Of a stretch of 64,000 nt of DNA, positions 42,202 to 54,284 are shown one piece after another. Positions within the stretch are counted from its first letter, which is position 1. Every line of letters begins with the position of its first letter. Source of the DNA: Parvibaculaceae bacterium (GTDB lineage Bacteria > Pseudomonadota > Alphaproteobacteria > Parvibaculales > Parvibaculaceae); assembly GCA_041688015.1 (NCBI GenBank), contig JBDNIY010000003.1:31545-95544 (forward strand), given 5' to 3'. The translations under genes were made by a program, and so were the position numbers. Under the pieces are notes generated by a model. The model did not search any database, was not told where the DNA came from, and saw only the letters and a program-made list of their open reading frames with translations.

Positions 42202-42308
42202 TGTGCCCTCATCGCCTCAAATACCTGCCACCGCAAGATCAGCGATTAATGACTCATAAAGGTTAATCCGGCCTTAAATGACGAGCATTAGGCGGTCAGG
42301 AGCAGGCC

Positions 42309-44495
42309 TCACAGAAAGCTGTAAGGGTCAATATCCACCGACACGCGCACCCGGCCGGGCACTTTCAGTTCGCCCAGCCACGCTTGCATATAGGCCTGAA
42401 TATTGACGTTGCGCCCCGTCTTGACGAGAAAGCGCAGCCGTGTCCGCCCGCGCAGCAAGGCCATTGGCGCAGGCGCTGGCCCCAGCACGGCCACATCGTC
42501 GGCGCGCGGTGCCGCGCGTGCCAGCTCGCGCGCCCAATGCTGGGCAAGGTTGGCGTCTTCCGACGACACCACCACGCCTGCGAGCCGTCCATAGGGCGGC
42601 AGCTTCACGCGCTCGCGCGCTTCGGCCTCGCGCTGCAAAAACGCATCCCGGTCGCCCGCGATCAGCGCCCGCATAACACTATGGTCCGGCATATAGGTTT
42701 GCAGATAAACCCGCCCCGGCCGTTCAGCGCGGCCCGCGCGACCCGCCACTTGCTGCAACAGTTGAAACGTCCGCTCAGCTGCCCGCAGGTCGCCATTTTC
42801 AAGGCCGAGATCAGCGTCCACCACGCCCACCACCGTCAGCCAGGGAAAATGATGCCCCTTGGCGACAATCTGTGTGCCGATGATAATATCAACCTCGCGC
42901 GCGCCCACCGCCCGAAAGGCCTCCTCATGGCTTTGCGGCCCGCGTAGATTGTCGCTCGAAAGCACCGCAACGCGGGCCTCAGGAAACCGCGCCGTCACCT
43001 CCTCGGCAATCCGCTCAACGCCCGGCCCACAGGCAATCAGCGAGTCTTCAGCCTGGCATGACGGACAGACCTTGGGCACGCCCGATGTATGCCCACAATG
43101 ATGGCAGACCAATTCGCGCCTAAACCGATGCTCCACCATCCAGGCTGAACATTGCGGGCATTCGATGCGATGACCGCAGGTCCGGCACAGCGTTAGTGGC
43201 GCATAGCCGCGTCGATTGAGAAACAACATCGACTGTTCGCCCGCCGCAAAGGCGGTCGCAATCTCAGCGACGAGTTTTGGTGCCAGCCACATACCGCGCT
43301 CAGGTTGATCGTCGCGCATATCAATCGCAATGATCTGCGGCAGCTCTGCCACGCCATGGCGCTCCGTCAGGACCACGCGCTCATAGCGACCTTGCTCGAC
43401 ATTGACCACGGTTTCCAATGACGGTGTCGCTGAACTCAAGATAATCGGAAAACCGCCCAGCGAGGCACGCACCACCGCCATATCGCGCGCATGATAATTG
43501 ACGCCTTCGTCCTGCTTGAACGCGGCTTCATGTTCTTCATCAACAACGATCAAACCCAATTCGCCAAATGGCAAAAAAAGCGCTGAGCGCGCACCAACCA
43601 CCACCCGCGCGCGGCCCTCTGACACCCCGCGCCAAACGCGCGCGCGTTCCCGCGTCGAAAGTTCCGAATGCCATTCGGCAGGCCGCACGCCAAACCGCGC
43701 TTCAAAGCGCTCCAAAAATTGCGACGTCAGCGCGATTTCCGGCAACAAGATCAGCGCCTGTTTACCCGCGCGCAGCGTCTCCGCCACGGCCTCGAAATAG
43801 ACTTCCGTCTTGCCCGATCCCGTCACGCCGTCGAGCAGCACCGCGCCATAGGCATCAGCTTTGACGCGTGCACATAAAATATCTGCCGCCTGTCTTTGCT
43901 CATCCGATAAAGGCTTGCCATGCGTCTCAAATTCAATGTCGGGAAAATCAGCATCGGCTGGCATCTCAAAGGCGCGCAACGTGCCCGCCTCCGCCAGCCC
44001 ACGCACCACACCATCCGACACGCCTGCCTCATTGGCGATTTCACGGGTGGTGCGCGCAAACTGATCGGCCATGGCTTCAACCACGCGTGTCCGCGCCGGT
44101 GTCATGCGCGCGGGCCGCTTGTCGCTCAGCCGATAGGCCACCCGCATCCGGGCGGGCTCCAGCGCGCCGGGCGCACGCATAGCGAGTCTCAGCACCGACC
44201 CACGCGCATTAAATGTATAACCCGCCATCCAGTCGATGAAATCGCGTAGGCCCTTGGGCATGGGTGCCACGTCCAGCACCTCGGCAATCGACTTGATGCG
44301 CTTGTTTTCAAGCTCGCTCATCCCCTCGCCCCACACGACGCCCACCAGCCTTTGCGCTCCCAGCGGCACAATCACGTAATCGCCGGGAGCCACCTTCATG
44401 CCGTCAGGCACCGCATAGTCATAGGGGTCCGGCAGCGCCAGAGGCACCAGCACTGAGACGCGCTGCGAGGAAGGGTTAACGGGCATAGGGTCCAA
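42309..44495 (-). CDS. priA: primosomal protein N' (replication restart helicase PriA)
   Basis: 728 aa with Walker A GVTGSGKT, DEEH box VVDEEHE, and zinc-binding cysteine clusters (CRTCGHRIECPQCS, CHHCGH, CPSC). Confidence 0.95.
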   Translation of the reverse strand: MDPMPVNPSSQRVSVLVPLALPDPYDYAVPDGMKVAPGDYVIVPLGAQRLVGVVWGEGMSELENKRIKSIAEVLDVAPMPKGLRDFIDWMAGYTFNARGSVLRLAMRAPGALEPARMRVAYRLSDKRPARMTPARTRVVEAMADQFARTTREIANEAGVSDGVVRGLAEAGTLRAFEMPADADFPDIEFETHGKPLSDEQRQAADILCARVKADAYGAVLLDGVTGSGKTEVYFEAVAETLRAGKQALILLPEIALTSQFLERFEARFGVRPAEWHSELSTRERARVWRGVSEGRARVVVGARSALFLPFGELGLIVVDEEHEAAFKQDEGVNYHARDMAVVRASLGGFPIILSSATPSLETVVNVEQGRYERVVLTERHGVAELPQIIAIDMRDDQPERGMWLAPKLVAEIATAFAAGEQSMLFLNRRGYAPLTLCRTCGHRIECPQCSAWMVEHRFRRELVCHHCGHTSGVPKVCPSCQAEDSLIACGPGVERIAEEVTARFPEARVAVLSSDNLRGPQSHEEAFRAVGAREVDIIIGTQIVAKGHHFPWLTVVGVVDADLGLENGDLRAAERTFQLLQQVAGRAGRAERPGRVYLQTYMPDHSVMRALIAGDRDAFLQREAEARERVKLPPYGRLAGVVVSSEDANLAQHWARELARAAPRADDVAVLGPAPAPMALLRGRTRLRFLVKTGRNVNIQAYMQAWLGELKVPGRVRVSVDIDPYSFL

Positions 44496-44736
44496 ATAGC
44501 TGAGGCGACAGGGCGAGGGATGGCGTCATGTAGAAAAACGGAAGCAATAGCCTAACCTCGCATAAAGCATGTTTGTCATCATAGCTTGTCTTGCGGCGCG
44601 CGCAGCGCAACAAGAGGGGCTGCGCACCTTCTCCCCAACAAAAGCGCCGCGTTAACGAAAGAAAGATTGCACTCGCAGCACAAAGCGATTGTCATAGCGC
44701 CTCTTCTCGCCACGCTCAGCAGAGACATAAATCCCC

Positions 44737-45390
44737 ATGAAATTCTTCGTCGATACGGCTGACATTGCCGACATCAAAGACCTTGCCACAACCGGCCTCG
44801 TTGATGGCGTCACCACCAACCCCTCACTGATTGCAAAATCCGGCCGCGATTTCATCGAAGTTGTTTCCGAAATCTGCGCCATCGTCGACGGACCCGTCAG
44901 CGCCGAAGTAACCGCGCTTGATGCACCGACCATGCTCAAAGAAGGCCGCAAACTCGCCAAACTCGCCACCAACATCGCCGTCAAAGTGCCGCTCACATGG
45001 GACGGCCTCAAGGCCTGCAAGGCGCTCACTGGCGAAGGCATCATGGTGAACGTCACCTTATGTTTTTCGGCCAACCAAGCGCTGCTCGCCGCCAAGGCCG
45101 GGGCCACCTTCATTTCACCCTTCATTGGCCGCCTCGATGATATCAATCTCGACGGCCTTGAGTTGATTGAGGAAATTCGCACCATTTACGATAATTACGG
45201 CTTTGAAACCGAAATTCTCGCCGCCTCCATCCGCACCGCAAACCACGTTAAGGAAGTGGCGCTCATCGGGGCAGATGTGGCCACCGTGCCGCCGTCTGTG
45301 TTGCGTGGTCTGGCCAAGCATCCGTTAACCGATGCGGGCTTGGAACAATTTCTGGCCGATTGGAAAAAGACCGGCCAAAAAATTCTGTGA
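44737..45390 (+). CDS. tal: 217-aa transaldolase / fructose-6-phosphate aldolase (subfamily 3B)
   Basis: [14 protein letters not shown]...GVTTNPSL and the catalytic-Lys context NIAVKVP. Confidence 0.92.
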   Translation: MKFFVDTADIADIKDLATTGLVDGVTTNPSLIAKSGRDFIEVVSEICAIVDGPVSAEVTALDAPTMLKEGRKLAKLATNIAVKVPLTWDGLKACKALTGEGIMVNVTLCFSANQALLAAKAGATFISPFIGRLDDINLDGLELIEEIRTIYDNYGFETEILAASIRTANHVKEVALIGADVATVPPSVLRGLAKHPLTDAGLEQFLADWKKTGQKIL

Positions 45391-45541
45391 ATTTTGTAAA
45401 GTATAACTGCCAAAAAGCGCGCGCCTTTAACATCTGGAAAGTGGTTTGCTGAGATGATGCAGATCGAAGCAGAAACGGGATCTCTCGACACCACCCCATG
45501 CCCACCTAATGGCGTGTCGAGCCGGACCAGGAGAATTGTAA

Positions 45542-46279
45542 ATGATTGAGTCCAACGACCGCGCCGACATTGCACAGATCGACCGTTCAGTCCCGAGCCT
45601 TGATGGGGCTGACGTGCGCGCCTTCCTCGTCTCCCATCCCGAATTCATCATCAATGACGCCGAACTCCTCGGCCATATCATGCCCGCGCGTGACGAAGGC
45701 GAGAACGTCGTCGATCTGCAGTCCTTCGTCATCTCCAAGCTGCAACGCCAAGTCCACACCCTGCGCGACATCCAGTCTGACCTCATCGAAGCTTCATCGC
45801 TGAATTCACTGGCACGCGAACAGGTCCATGCCGCAGCCCTTGCCATGCTCGATGCGCCGAGCTTTGACGCGCTGATCGAATTTATCACGCTGCCCGATGG
45901 CCTGGCCCAAACGCTTGGCCTGACCTCCGCGGCCATCTGCATCGAAACCACCGGCGTCATCAATCGCGCCGATACCATCGGCATGCGCTTGCTTGAGCGC
46001 GGCGGCGTTGACCGCATGATGGGCATGGCTGAGCCCTTTTGCCTCGTCGCCAATGTACATGGCTCTGAAGGCCTTTATGGCGAGCGCGCTGAGCATGTGC
46101 GCTCCGAAGCGCTGGTGCGTTTGAATTTCAGCCGCGTCACCCCGCCCGGCCTTCTCGCGCTGGGTGGCGGCCACGTCGAACAGTTCCACCCCGAACAGGC
46201 CGCCGACCTTCTGGAATTCCTTGCCCGGATTGTCGAGCGTTGCGTGCGCTTGTGGCTCGAACTGCCCCCGCAAGCGTAA
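45542..46279 (+). CDS. DUF484 family protein
   Basis: [20 protein letters not shown]-terminal pattern. It sits directly upstream of xerC, as is usual for DUF484. Confidence 0.75.
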   Translation: MIESNDRADIAQIDRSVPSLDGADVRAFLVSHPEFIINDAELLGHIMPARDEGENVVDLQSFVISKLQRQVHTLRDIQSDLIEASSLNSLAREQVHAAALAMLDAPSFDALIEFITLPDGLAQTLGLTSAAICIETTGVINRADTIGMRLLERGGVDRMMGMAEPFCLVANVHGSEGLYGERAEHVRSEALVRLNFSRVTPPGLLALGGGHVEQFHPEQAADLLEFLARIVERCVRLWLELPPQA

Positions 46280-47247
46280 ACACGGGCGCCCGCGCCCCAA
46301 GCCCCGACGAGGCTGCGGCCTCGATCGTGGCCGCGCCCGATCTGCGCGCCGAAATTCGCAATTGGTACAGTCATCTCATGGGCGAAAAGCGCCTCGCCCC
46401 ACTGAGCCTCATTGCCTACACCCGTGATGTCGCGAGCTTCTTTGATTTTCTCTGCGACCATCATGGGCAACCCGCCGACCTTGCTACCATCCGCAATCTG
46501 CACCTACGCGATTTCCGGTCCTTCCTTGCCAAGCGCCGCAACGACGGCATGACCAGCCGCAGCCTTGCCCGCGTGCTCTCCAGCCTGCGCTCCTTCTTTC
46601 GTTTTCTTGATTCAGGTGGCATCGCGTCGAGCGCCGCGCTCAAAGCATTGCGCACCCCAAAGGTGCCCCACGGCATTCCCAAACCCGTCAGCGCGCCCGA
46701 TGCCTTCGCCCTCATCGCCGAAACCAACGAACTCGATCACGTGCCATGGATCGCCGCGCGCGACGCCGCCATCCTCACGCTGCTCTATGGCTGTGGGCTT
46801 CGCATCGCTGAATGTCTGGGCCTCAATCGCGGCATGGCCCCATTGCCCGCCACCATGCGCATCACCGGCAAAGGCAACAAAGAGCGTCTTGTCCCCGTCA
46901 TCTCGGCGGCTCGCAACGCGGTCGATGAATATCTCGCGCTCGTCCCCTTCGGCCTCGGCCCTGATGATCCGTTGTTTGTTGGCCTGCGCGGCGCGCGCCT
47001 CAACCCGCGTCAAGTCTCCGGCCTCGTCGCCCATCTGCGCCGCCGCTTGGCTTTGCCTGACAGCGTCACGCCCCACGCGCTGCGCCACAGCTTTGCCACG
47101 CATCTGCTGGCCGCTGGTGGCGACCTGCGCGTCATCCAGGAACTACTCGGCCACGCCAGTCTTTCCACGACGCAAATTTATACGGAAGTAAACAGCCAGC
47201 ACCTGCTGGACGTTTACGACAAGGCGCATCCGCGTTCGGGGAAATAG
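46240..47247 (+). CDS. xerC: site-specific tyrosine recombinase XerC
   Basis: R...HxxR...Y catalytic pattern ([23 protein letters not shown]). The start is uncertain; GTG 46327 is an alternative. Confidence 0.88.
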   Translation: MRALVARTAPASVNTGARAPSPDEAAASIVAAPDLRAEIRNWYSHLMGEKRLAPLSLIAYTRDVASFFDFLCDHHGQPADLATIRNLHLRDFRSFLAKRRNDGMTSRSLARVLSSLRSFFRFLDSGGIASSAALKALRTPKVPHGIPKPVSAPDAFALIAETNELDHVPWIAARDAAILTLLYGCGLRIAECLGLNRGMAPLPATMRITGKGNKERLVPVISAARNAVDEYLALVPFGLGPDDPLFVGLRGARLNPRQVSGLVAHLRRRLALPDSVTPHALRHSFATHLLAAGGDLRVIQELLGHASLSTTQIYTEVNSQHLLDVYDKAHPRSGK

Positions 47248-47261
47248 CGCCATGCTCACCA

Positions 47262-47366
47262 CATCGTCATGCGCGGGCTCGACCCGCGTATCCACGTCTT
47301 TCCCAACGCATGCAGCAAAGATGGATCGCCCGCCTCCTTTAATGAAAGGTGGGTCGGGCGATGACG
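47262..47366. repeat. REP/RIME-like intergenic palindromic elements between convergent xerC and lpdA
   Basis: CGTCATGCGCGGGCTCGACCCGCG hairpin, plus ATCGCCCGCCTCC...GGTGGGTCGGGCGATGACG hairpin. They are related to the elements at 58040-58120 and 60515-60620. Confidence 0.6.
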
Positions 47367-47397
47367 TCTAATTATATGGGAGAAAGAGGGTCTTGCC

Positions 47398-48807
47398 TCA
47401 CATATGGATCGGCAACCCCGTCACCGCCAGCGCCGCTTCCTTCACCGCTTCCGACATGGTCGGATGGGCAAAACACATGCGCGCGATGTCTTCAGACGAG
47501 CCAGCAAATTCCATCGCCACGACCCCTTCATGGATCATCTCGCCCGCATTGACGCCGATGATATGCACGCCGAGAATCCGGTCGCTTGTCTTATCAGCGA
47601 TGATCTTCACAAAACCATCCGTCGTCTTGTTCGCCTTGGCGCGCCCATTAGCGGTGAAGGGAAACTTGCCGACGTTATAGTCAACGCCTTCGGCTTTAAG
47701 TTGCTCTTCGGTCTTGCCGACCGACGCCACTTCCGGGCTGGTATAAACAACCGCCGGAATCAAATCATAATTGACCGCTCCATAATGGCCCGCCAAGCGT
47801 TCAGCCAAAGCCACGCCTTCTTCCATCGCTTTATGTGCCAGCATCGGCCCGGCGATCACGTCGCCAATGGCATAAATGCCATCAACATTTGTCTTGAATG
47901 AACCATCAACCTCGACACGCCCGCGCTTGTCGATTTTGACGCCCGCGGCCTCTAGCCCAAGCCCTTGCGTATAAGCCACGCGCCCAACCGCGACGAGCAC
48001 CACATCGGCCTCGATCACTTTGGCCGCGCCACCCGCGGCAGGCTCAACCGAAACTTTTAAGCCCGCCCCGTCCTTCCCGACCTTGGTGGCCTTCTCGACC
48101 TTGGTCACCTTCGAGCCGAGCGTGAACTCAAAGCCCTGCTTTTTCAAAATACGCGTGAAGGTTTTCACCACTTCACCGTCCATGCCGGGCAGGATCGCGT
48201 CGAGGAACTCAACAACCTGCACCTTCGCGCCAAGCCGACCCCACACTGAGCCCAGCTCCAGCCCAATCACGCCACCACCAATGACGAGCAAACGCTCGGG
48301 CACTTTGGCCAGCGCCAGCGCACCAGTTGATGAGATAATTGTTTTTTCGTCGATCTCAATGCCGGGCAGCCGCGCGACGTCTGACCCCGTCGCAATGACG
48401 ATGTTCTTGGCGTTCAGCACGCGCGCGCCAACCTTCACCTTGCCCGTGCCGACAACTTCGCCCAAGCCCTTCACCCATTCGATCTTGTTCTTTTTAAAAA
48501 GAAACTCGATGCCCTTGGTGTTGCCATCGACCGCTTCATCCTTGAAGGCGATGAGCTGCTGGACGTTGATCTTGGGCGTCCCAACCTCGATCCCCATGCC
48601 GGGAAAAGCATGTTTTGCGTCGGCAAAAAGTTCAGACGCATGCAGCATCGCTTTGGAGGGGATACAGCCGATATTGAGACAAGTGCCGCCCAGCGTCTCG
48701 TTCTTTTCCACGCACGCCACGTTCAGGCCCAGTTGCGCGGCCTTGATCGCGCATTCATAGCCACCGGGGCCCGCACCAATCACGACGAGATCGAAAGTGT
48801 CAGCCAT
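47398..48807 (-). CDS. lpdA: dihydrolipoyl dehydrogenase (E3)
   Basis: GAGPGGY FAD motif and redox-active [13 protein letters not shown]. It lies downstream of sucAB. Confidence 0.95.
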   Translation of the reverse strand: MADTFDLVVIGAGPGGYECAIKAAQLGLNVACVEKNETLGGTCLNIGCIPSKAMLHASELFADAKHAFPGMGIEVGTPKINVQQLIAFKDEAVDGNTKGIEFLFKKNKIEWVKGLGEVVGTGKVKVGARVLNAKNIVIATGSDVARLPGIEIDEKTIISSTGALALAKVPERLLVIGGGVIGLELGSVWGRLGAKVQVVEFLDAILPGMDGEVVKTFTRILKKQGFEFTLGSKVTKVEKATKVGKDGAGLKVSVEPAAGGAAKVIEADVVLVAVGRVAYTQGLGLEAAGVKIDKRGRVEVDGSFKTNVDGIYAIGDVIAGPMLAHKAMEEGVALAERLAGHYGAVNYDLIPAVVYTSPEVASVGKTEEQLKAEGVDYNVGKFPFTANGRAKANKTTDGFVKIIADKTSDRILGVHIIGVNAGEMIHEGVVAMEFAGSSEDIARMCFAHPTMSEAVKEAALAVTGLPIHM

Positions 48808-48844
48808 GAGATCGGCCTTTCAAATTAAGGTTCAAAACCTTCAA

Positions 48845-48927
48845 CGTCATTGCGAGGAGGCCTCTTGGCCGACGCGGCAATCCATCTTTACGGCAGATTG
48901 GATTGCCGCGTTTCACGCGCAATGACG
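48845..48927. repeat. nested-palindrome intergenic element between sucB and lpdA
   Basis: The outer inverted repeat is CGTCATTGCG (48845-48854) with CGCAATGACG (48918-48927). The inner perfect 11-bp inverted repeat is GCGGCAATCCA (48874-48884) with TGGATTGCCGC (48899-48909). Confidence 0.8.
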
Positions 48928-48946
48928 GGGAGTATGAGCGATGGCG

Positions 48947-50221
48947 TCACAAATCGAGCAACAGACGCTGCGGATCTTCAAGCGATTCCTTGACGCGCAC
49001 CAAGAACGTCACCGCGTCCTTGCCATCGACAATCCGGTGATCATAGCTCAGCGCCAGATACATCATCGGCCGCACCACCACCTGACCGCCAACAACCACC
49101 GGGCGCTCTTGGATTTTATGCATCCCCAACACACCAGACTGCGGCGCATTGAGAATGGGCGTGGACATCAGCGAGCCATAGACCCCACCATTGGAAATGG
49201 TGAAGGTGCCGCCCTGCAATTCCTCAAGCTTGAGCTGGCCGTCGCGCGCGCGCTTACCAAAGCCATTGATCTCTTTTTCAATGCCCGCCAGTGACAGGTC
49301 TTGCGCTTCTTTCAGCACAGGCACGACAAGGCCTTTTTCGGTGCCGACCGCCACGCCGATATTGTAATAGTTTTTGTAAACAATATCGTCGCCATCGATG
49401 ACGCCGTTGACCGCGGGAATTTCACGCAGCGCCTGAATGCAGGCCTTAATGAAAAAACCCATGAAGCCGACGCGCACGCCATGCTTCTTTTCAAACAGCG
49501 CCTTATATTCGTTGCGCAGCGCCATGATCGCGCTCATGTCCACTTCGTTGAACGTGGTGAGCATGGCGGCTGTGTTTTGCGCTTCCTTCAACCGCGTCGC
49601 AATCGTCTTGCGCAACCGCGACATCTTCACGCGTTCTTCGCGCGCGCCCTGCTCAAGCGGTGCACGAACCGCCATCGGGGCGGCAGGCGCTTCGGCCGGT
49701 GCAGACACTGGTGCCGGTGCTGACGCAGCAGCTTGCGCATCGCCCTTGGTCACGCGGCCATCGCGGCCCGTGCCGTCAACCTTCGACACGTCAAGATTGT
49801 TTTCTTCCACAATCCGCCGCACCGCTGGCGCTTGCCCGTCTGCCGCCTTGGCGGGCGCAGGCGCGGCCTTAGCAGGTGCAGGTGCAGGTGCAGGTGCAGG
49901 GGTCGGCGCGGCTTCTGCCTTTTTGGGTTCTTCTTTTTTAGGCTCGTCTTTCTTAGCTGCGGGCTTTGCCGCTGCCTTGCCCGAGCCTTCGCCGATGGAG
50001 GCCAGCACTGTGCCGATTTCCACCGTCGCACCGCTTTCGATCAACACTTCGCTCAGTACACCAGAGGCTGGTGCGGGCACTTCCACCGTCACCTTGTCGG
50101 TTTCCAGTTCCACCAGCGGCTCATCCACCGTCACTGTGTCGCCAACCTTTTTAAACCATTGCGCGACAGTGGCTTCCGTCACTGATTCGCCCAATGCGGG
50201 CACTTTGACTTCCGTGGCCAT
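48947..50221 (-). CDS. sucB: dihydrolipoyllysine-residue succinyltransferase (E2 of 2-oxoglutarate dehydrogenase)
   Basis: Lipoyl domain ([14 protein letters not shown]), a Pro/Ala-rich linker, and the catalytic DHRIVDG motif. Confidence 0.95.
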   Translation of the reverse strand: MATEVKVPALGESVTEATVAQWFKKVGDTVTVDEPLVELETDKVTVEVPAPASGVLSEVLIESGATVEIGTVLASIGEGSGKAAAKPAAKKDEPKKEEPKKAEAAPTPAPAPAPAPAKAAPAPAKAADGQAPAVRRIVEENNLDVSKVDGTGRDGRVTKGDAQAAASAPAPVSAPAEAPAAPMAVRAPLEQGAREERVKMSRLRKTIATRLKEAQNTAAMLTTFNEVDMSAIMALRNEYKALFEKKHGVRVGFMGFFIKACIQALREIPAVNGVIDGDDIVYKNYYNIGVAVGTEKGLVVPVLKEAQDLSLAGIEKEINGFGKRARDGQLKLEELQGGTFTISNGGVYGSLMSTPILNAPQSGVLGMHKIQERPVVVGGQVVVRPMMYLALSYDHRIVDGKDAVTFLVRVKESLEDPQRLLLDL

Positions 50222-50248
50222 GCTCGTCTTTCGCCTTTCAGAAAAAAA

Positions 50249-53200
50249 TCAATCGACCTTCAGCGCTTCCGCCAGAAGCTGGTTAAGTTGCTGCAAGTGC
50301 TTGCTCATCAATCCAACGGCCGTTGCCGCCGAGGAGGGGCGTCCGGTATAGCGCGCGCGTTGGAAGCGTGCGCCCACCTGTTCCAGCACCCATTCAATAT
50401 TGGGTTCCATAAATTGCCAGGCCCCCATGTTCTTGGGTTCTTCCTGACACCAAACGATCTCAGCTTGCGTGAAGCGCGCCAGTTCCGCCATCAGCGAGCG
50501 CGCCGGGAAGGGATAAAGCTGCTCCACACGCATCAGATAAACGTCGTTGATCTCGCGCTTTTCACGTTCTTCATAGAGATCGTAATAGACCTTGCCCGAG
50601 CACATAACGACGCGTTTGATTTTGTCGTCGCTGACGAGCTTGATCTTTTCGCCCTCCAGCATCTGGGCATCGTCCCACAGCACGCGGTGGAAGGTCGAGG
50701 TCGGCCCGAATTCTTCGATTTTGGAATGCACGCGCTTGTGTCGCAGCAGCGACTTTGGTGTCATGATGACCAGCGGCTTGCGGAACTTGCGATGCATCTG
50801 ACGGCGCAACACATGAAAATAATTCATCGGCGTCGTGCAGTTCACAACCTGCATATTGTCTTCCGCGCACATCTGCAGATAGCGCTCAAGGCGAGCGGAC
50901 GAATGTTCCGGCCCCGCGCCTTCATAGCCATGCGGCAACAGCATCACCAATCCGCACATCCGCAGCCATTTGCGTTCACCGCATGAGATGAACTGGTCCA
51001 CCACCACCTGTGCGCCATTGGCAAAGTCGCCATATTGCGCTTCCCAAAGCGTCAGCGCATTGGGCTCAGCCAGTGAGTAGCCATACTCAAAGCCGAGCAC
51101 CGCATTTTCTGACAGCATCGAATTGATGACTTCGCAGGGCGCTTGATTATCGGCGATATGATTGAGCGGAATATAGCGCTCTTCCGTCTCTTGGTCGTTC
51201 AGCACCGAATGACGCTGTGCAAATGTGCCGCGCTCACTATCCTGCCCCGACAAGCGCACCTTGAAACCTTCGTTCATCAGCGTGCCAAAGGCCAGCGCCT
51301 CCGCCATGCCCCAATCGATGCCTTCGCCCGTCTCAATCATCTTGGCACGCAGGTCCATGAACCGATGGATCGTCTTGTGGATGTTGAAGCCTTCCGGCAC
51401 GGCTGCGATTTTCGCGCCGATTTCCCTCAGTATCTTGAGGTCAACGCCCGTCTCACCGCGATGCGCCTCGCCTTCCGAGCGCCCAAGGCCAGCCCAGCGC
51501 CCGTCCAACCAATCCGCCTTATTGGGACGGTAGGTGTTGGAGGCTTCATATTCGGTCTCTAGTTCCTGGCGGAACGCACCGACACGTTCTTTCACTTGCT
51601 CTTCGCTCAGCAAACCGATCTCGACAATCCGCTTGGTATAAATTTCCAGCGTCGTCGGATGCGAGCGGATTTTCTTATACATCAGCGGCTGCGTGAAGCT
51701 CGGCTCGTCGGCTTCTTGATGACCAAAGCGGCGATAGCAGAACATATCCACCACAACCGGCTTGTTAAAGCGCTGGCGAAATTCAGTGGCGATCTTTGTC
51801 GCATGCACCACCGCTTCAGGGTCGTCACCGTTCACATGGAAGATGGGCGCCTGCACCATCTTGGCAACATCTGATGGATAGGGCGAAGAGCGCGAGAAAA
51901 TCGGGCTCGTCGTAAAGCCGATCTGGTTGTTGATGATAAAATGCAAAGAGCCGCCCGTGCGGTGGCCCTTGAGACCCGACAGGCCCAGACATTCCGCGAC
52001 GACGCCTTGGCCCGCAAAGGCCGCATCGCCATGGATCAACAGCGGAATAACCGAGCCGCGGTCGCTGTCATGCAACTGGTCTTGCTTGGCGCGCGCCTTG
52101 CCCAGCACAACCGGATCAACGATTTCCAAATGCGAAGGGTTGGCGGTGAGCGACAGATGCACCTTATTGCCGTCAAACTCACGGTCTGACGAAGCACCAA
52201 GATGATATTTAACGTCGCCCGATCCATCGACTTCTTCAGGGTTGGCCGAGCCACCCTTGAACTCATTAAAGATCGCGCGATAGGGCTTGGACATCACGTT
52301 GACGAGCACGTTCAAGCGCCCGCGATGTGCCATGCCGAGCACAATCTCTTTCACGCCCAGATTGCCGCCACGCTTGATGATCTGTTCAAGCGCCGGGATC
52401 ATCGCTTCTGCACCATCAAGACCGAACCGCTTAGTGCCGATATATTTGATCCCGGAAAAACGCTCAAAGCCTTCCGCTGCAATCAGCTTGTCGAGAATGG
52501 CAAGCTGGCCCATTTCAGTGAATGTGACTTCCTTGTCTGGCCCTTCGATGCGTTCCTGAATCCAGGCTTTTTCTTCCGGGTCGCCGATATGCATGAATTC
52601 GACGCCGATCGTGCCGCAATAGGTCCGGCGCAAGATTTCGAGCATCTGGCGAACGCTCGCCGTCTCCAGCCCCAGCACATGATCAATGAAGATCGGGCGG
52701 TCAAGATCGTCTGGCCCGAAACCATAGGATTCGGGCTGCAACTCGGGATGTTGCGATTTTGGCCGCATCTGTAGCGGATCAATATCGGCGTCCAGATGGC
52801 CGCGAATGCGATAAGCACGGATCATCATCAGGGCACGCACGGAATCAAGCGTGGCCGAACGAATTTCGGCTTCCGTCGCACCACTTGTGCGCTCGGCAAT
52901 TTTCTGTTTGATCGGGGCTTCAACCGTTGCCCAATTGCCATCGAGCGCGCTGACCAGTTCGCCATTGGCGATCACCGGCCAATCAGCACGCTCCCAAGAC
53001 GGCCCCTTGGCGTCGTTCAAAACCTCGTCGCGCTTGTCGCCGAGACTGGCAAAAAACGTCTGCCATTCCGCGCCGACAGAGCGGGGGTCTTGGACATAAC
53101 GGGCATACAGATCTTCGACAAATGCCGCGTTGGTGCCATTGAGAAAGGAGGTCTGCTCGGCGCGTTGGCGAGGGCTTTCCTCGCCGGAGGTCTTGCTCAT
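50249..53200 (-). CDS. sucA: 2-oxoglutarate dehydrogenase E1 component
   Basis: The frame 50249-53227 is trimmed to MSKTSGEES. The N-terminus has FLNGTNAAFVEDLYARY and the length is ~983 aa. Confidence 0.95.
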   Translation of the reverse strand: MSKTSGEESPRQRAEQTSFLNGTNAAFVEDLYARYVQDPRSVGAEWQTFFASLGDKRDEVLNDAKGPSWERADWPVIANGELVSALDGNWATVEAPIKQKIAERTSGATEAEIRSATLDSVRALMMIRAYRIRGHLDADIDPLQMRPKSQHPELQPESYGFGPDDLDRPIFIDHVLGLETASVRQMLEILRRTYCGTIGVEFMHIGDPEEKAWIQERIEGPDKEVTFTEMGQLAILDKLIAAEGFERFSGIKYIGTKRFGLDGAEAMIPALEQIIKRGGNLGVKEIVLGMAHRGRLNVLVNVMSKPYRAIFNEFKGGSANPEEVDGSGDVKYHLGASSDREFDGNKVHLSLTANPSHLEIVDPVVLGKARAKQDQLHDSDRGSVIPLLIHGDAAFAGQGVVAECLGLSGLKGHRTGGSLHFIINNQIGFTTSPIFSRSSPYPSDVAKMVQAPIFHVNGDDPEAVVHATKIATEFRQRFNKPVVVDMFCYRRFGHQEADEPSFTQPLMYKKIRSHPTTLEIYTKRIVEIGLLSEEQVKERVGAFRQELETEYEASNTYRPNKADWLDGRWAGLGRSEGEAHRGETGVDLKILREIGAKIAAVPEGFNIHKTIHRFMDLRAKMIETGEGIDWGMAEALAFGTLMNEGFKVRLSGQDSERGTFAQRHSVLNDQETEERYIPLNHIADNQAPCEVINSMLSENAVLGFEYGYSLAEPNALTLWEAQYGDFANGAQVVVDQFISCGERKWLRMCGLVMLLPHGYEGAGPEHSSARLERYLQMCAEDNMQVVNCTTPMNYFHVLRRQMHRKFRKPLVIMTPKSLLRHKRVHSKIEEFGPTSTFHRVLWDDAQMLEGEKIKLVSDDKIKRVVMCSGKVYYDLYEEREKREINDVYLMRVEQLYPFPARSLMAELARFTQAEIVWCQEEPKNMGAWQFMEPNIEWVLEQVGARFQRARYTGRPSSAATAVGLMSKHLQQLNQLLAEALKVD

Positions 53201-53405
53201 GTCAATCCAGCCTATCAACGGGGCCATGTGGCAGTCAGCCCATGTCTCCCTTGTGAGTCAGGCACAAATCCCGATGCCAATCTTGAAACCTAAGCCCTCA
53301 AGATCAACAAACTCTTCACTTCACCCTATTGTTCCCCCGCCCCACCGGGCGAGGGCACAATCAATAGAGCCCGACGTTAACACTTTTGCATCAAACGTCT
53401 TTTTT

Positions 53406-54284
53406 TTAGCAGCCCGCCAGCAATTCAACCAGCGTTGTGCCAAGCGCTGCAGGCGAGGAGGCAACCCGAATGCCCGCCGACTTCATCGCTTCCATTTTGT
53501 CTCCCGCGCCGCCTTTGCCGCCCGAGATGATGGCCCCCGCGTGGCCCATGCGGCGGCCAGGAGGGGCCGTCACGCCCGCGATGAAGCCCACGATCGGCTT
53601 CTTCACTTTGGAGGCTTTAAGGAATTCAGCAGCATCTTCTTCCGCCGAGCCACCGATTTCGCCGATCATAATGATCGACTTGGTTTCGTCGTCGCCGAGG
53701 AACAATTCAAGGCAATCAATAAAATTGGTGCCGTTGACGGGGTCGCCGCCAATGCCGATGCAGGTGGTCTGACCAAGGCCCGTCATTGTTGTCTGGGCAA
53801 CGGCCTCATAGGTAAGCGTGCCTGAGCGCGAAACAATACCCACCGAGCCGCGTTTGTGAATATGGCCGGGCATAATACCGATCTTGCATTCGCCCGGCGT
53901 GATGACGCCAGGGCAGTTCGGGCCGACGAGCCGTGTCTTGGAACCGGACAGCGCGCGCTTCACTTTCACCATGTCAAGCACCGGAATGCCCTCGGTGATG
54001 CAAACGACAAGCTCGATGCCCGCGTCAATCGCTTCGAGGATCGCGTCAGCGGCAAACGGCGGCGGCACATAGATCGCCGAGGCCGTGGCGCCTGTGCGCT
54101 CAACCGCTTCGCCCACCGTGTTGAAGACGGGCAAATCAAGATGCGTCGTGCCGCCTTTACCCGGCGAGGTGCCGCCGACCATTTTGGTGCCATAGGCAAT
54201 CGCCTGTTCCGAATGGAACGTGCCCTGCTTGCCCGTGAAACCCTGACAGATAACTTTGGTGTTCTTGCCAACCAGAACCGACAT
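53406..54284 (-). CDS. sucD: succinate--CoA ligase subunit alpha
   Basis: SRSGTLTYE and [12 protein letters not shown] motifs. Confidence 0.96.
   Translation of the reverse strand: MSVLVGKNTKVICQGFTGKQGTFHSEQAIAYGTKMVGGTSPGKGGTTHLDLPVFNTVGEAVERTGATASAIYVPPPFAADAILEAIDAGIELVVCITEGIPVLDMVKVKRALSGSKTRLVGPNCPGVITPGECKIGIMPGHIHKRGSVGIVSRSGTLTYEAVAQTTMTGLGQTTCIGIGGDPVNGTNFIDCLELFLGDDETKSIIMIGEIGGSAEEDAAEFLKASKVKKPIVGFIAGVTAPPGRRMGHAGAIISGGKGGAGDKMEAMKSAGIRVASSPAALGTTLVELLAGC

Noticed and set aside
49437-50351. Plus-strand ORFs (304 aa, 150 aa) over the sucB linker
   Set aside because: They are antisense or off-frame artefacts of the Pro/Ala-rich E2 linker, and sucB on the minus strand is unambiguous.
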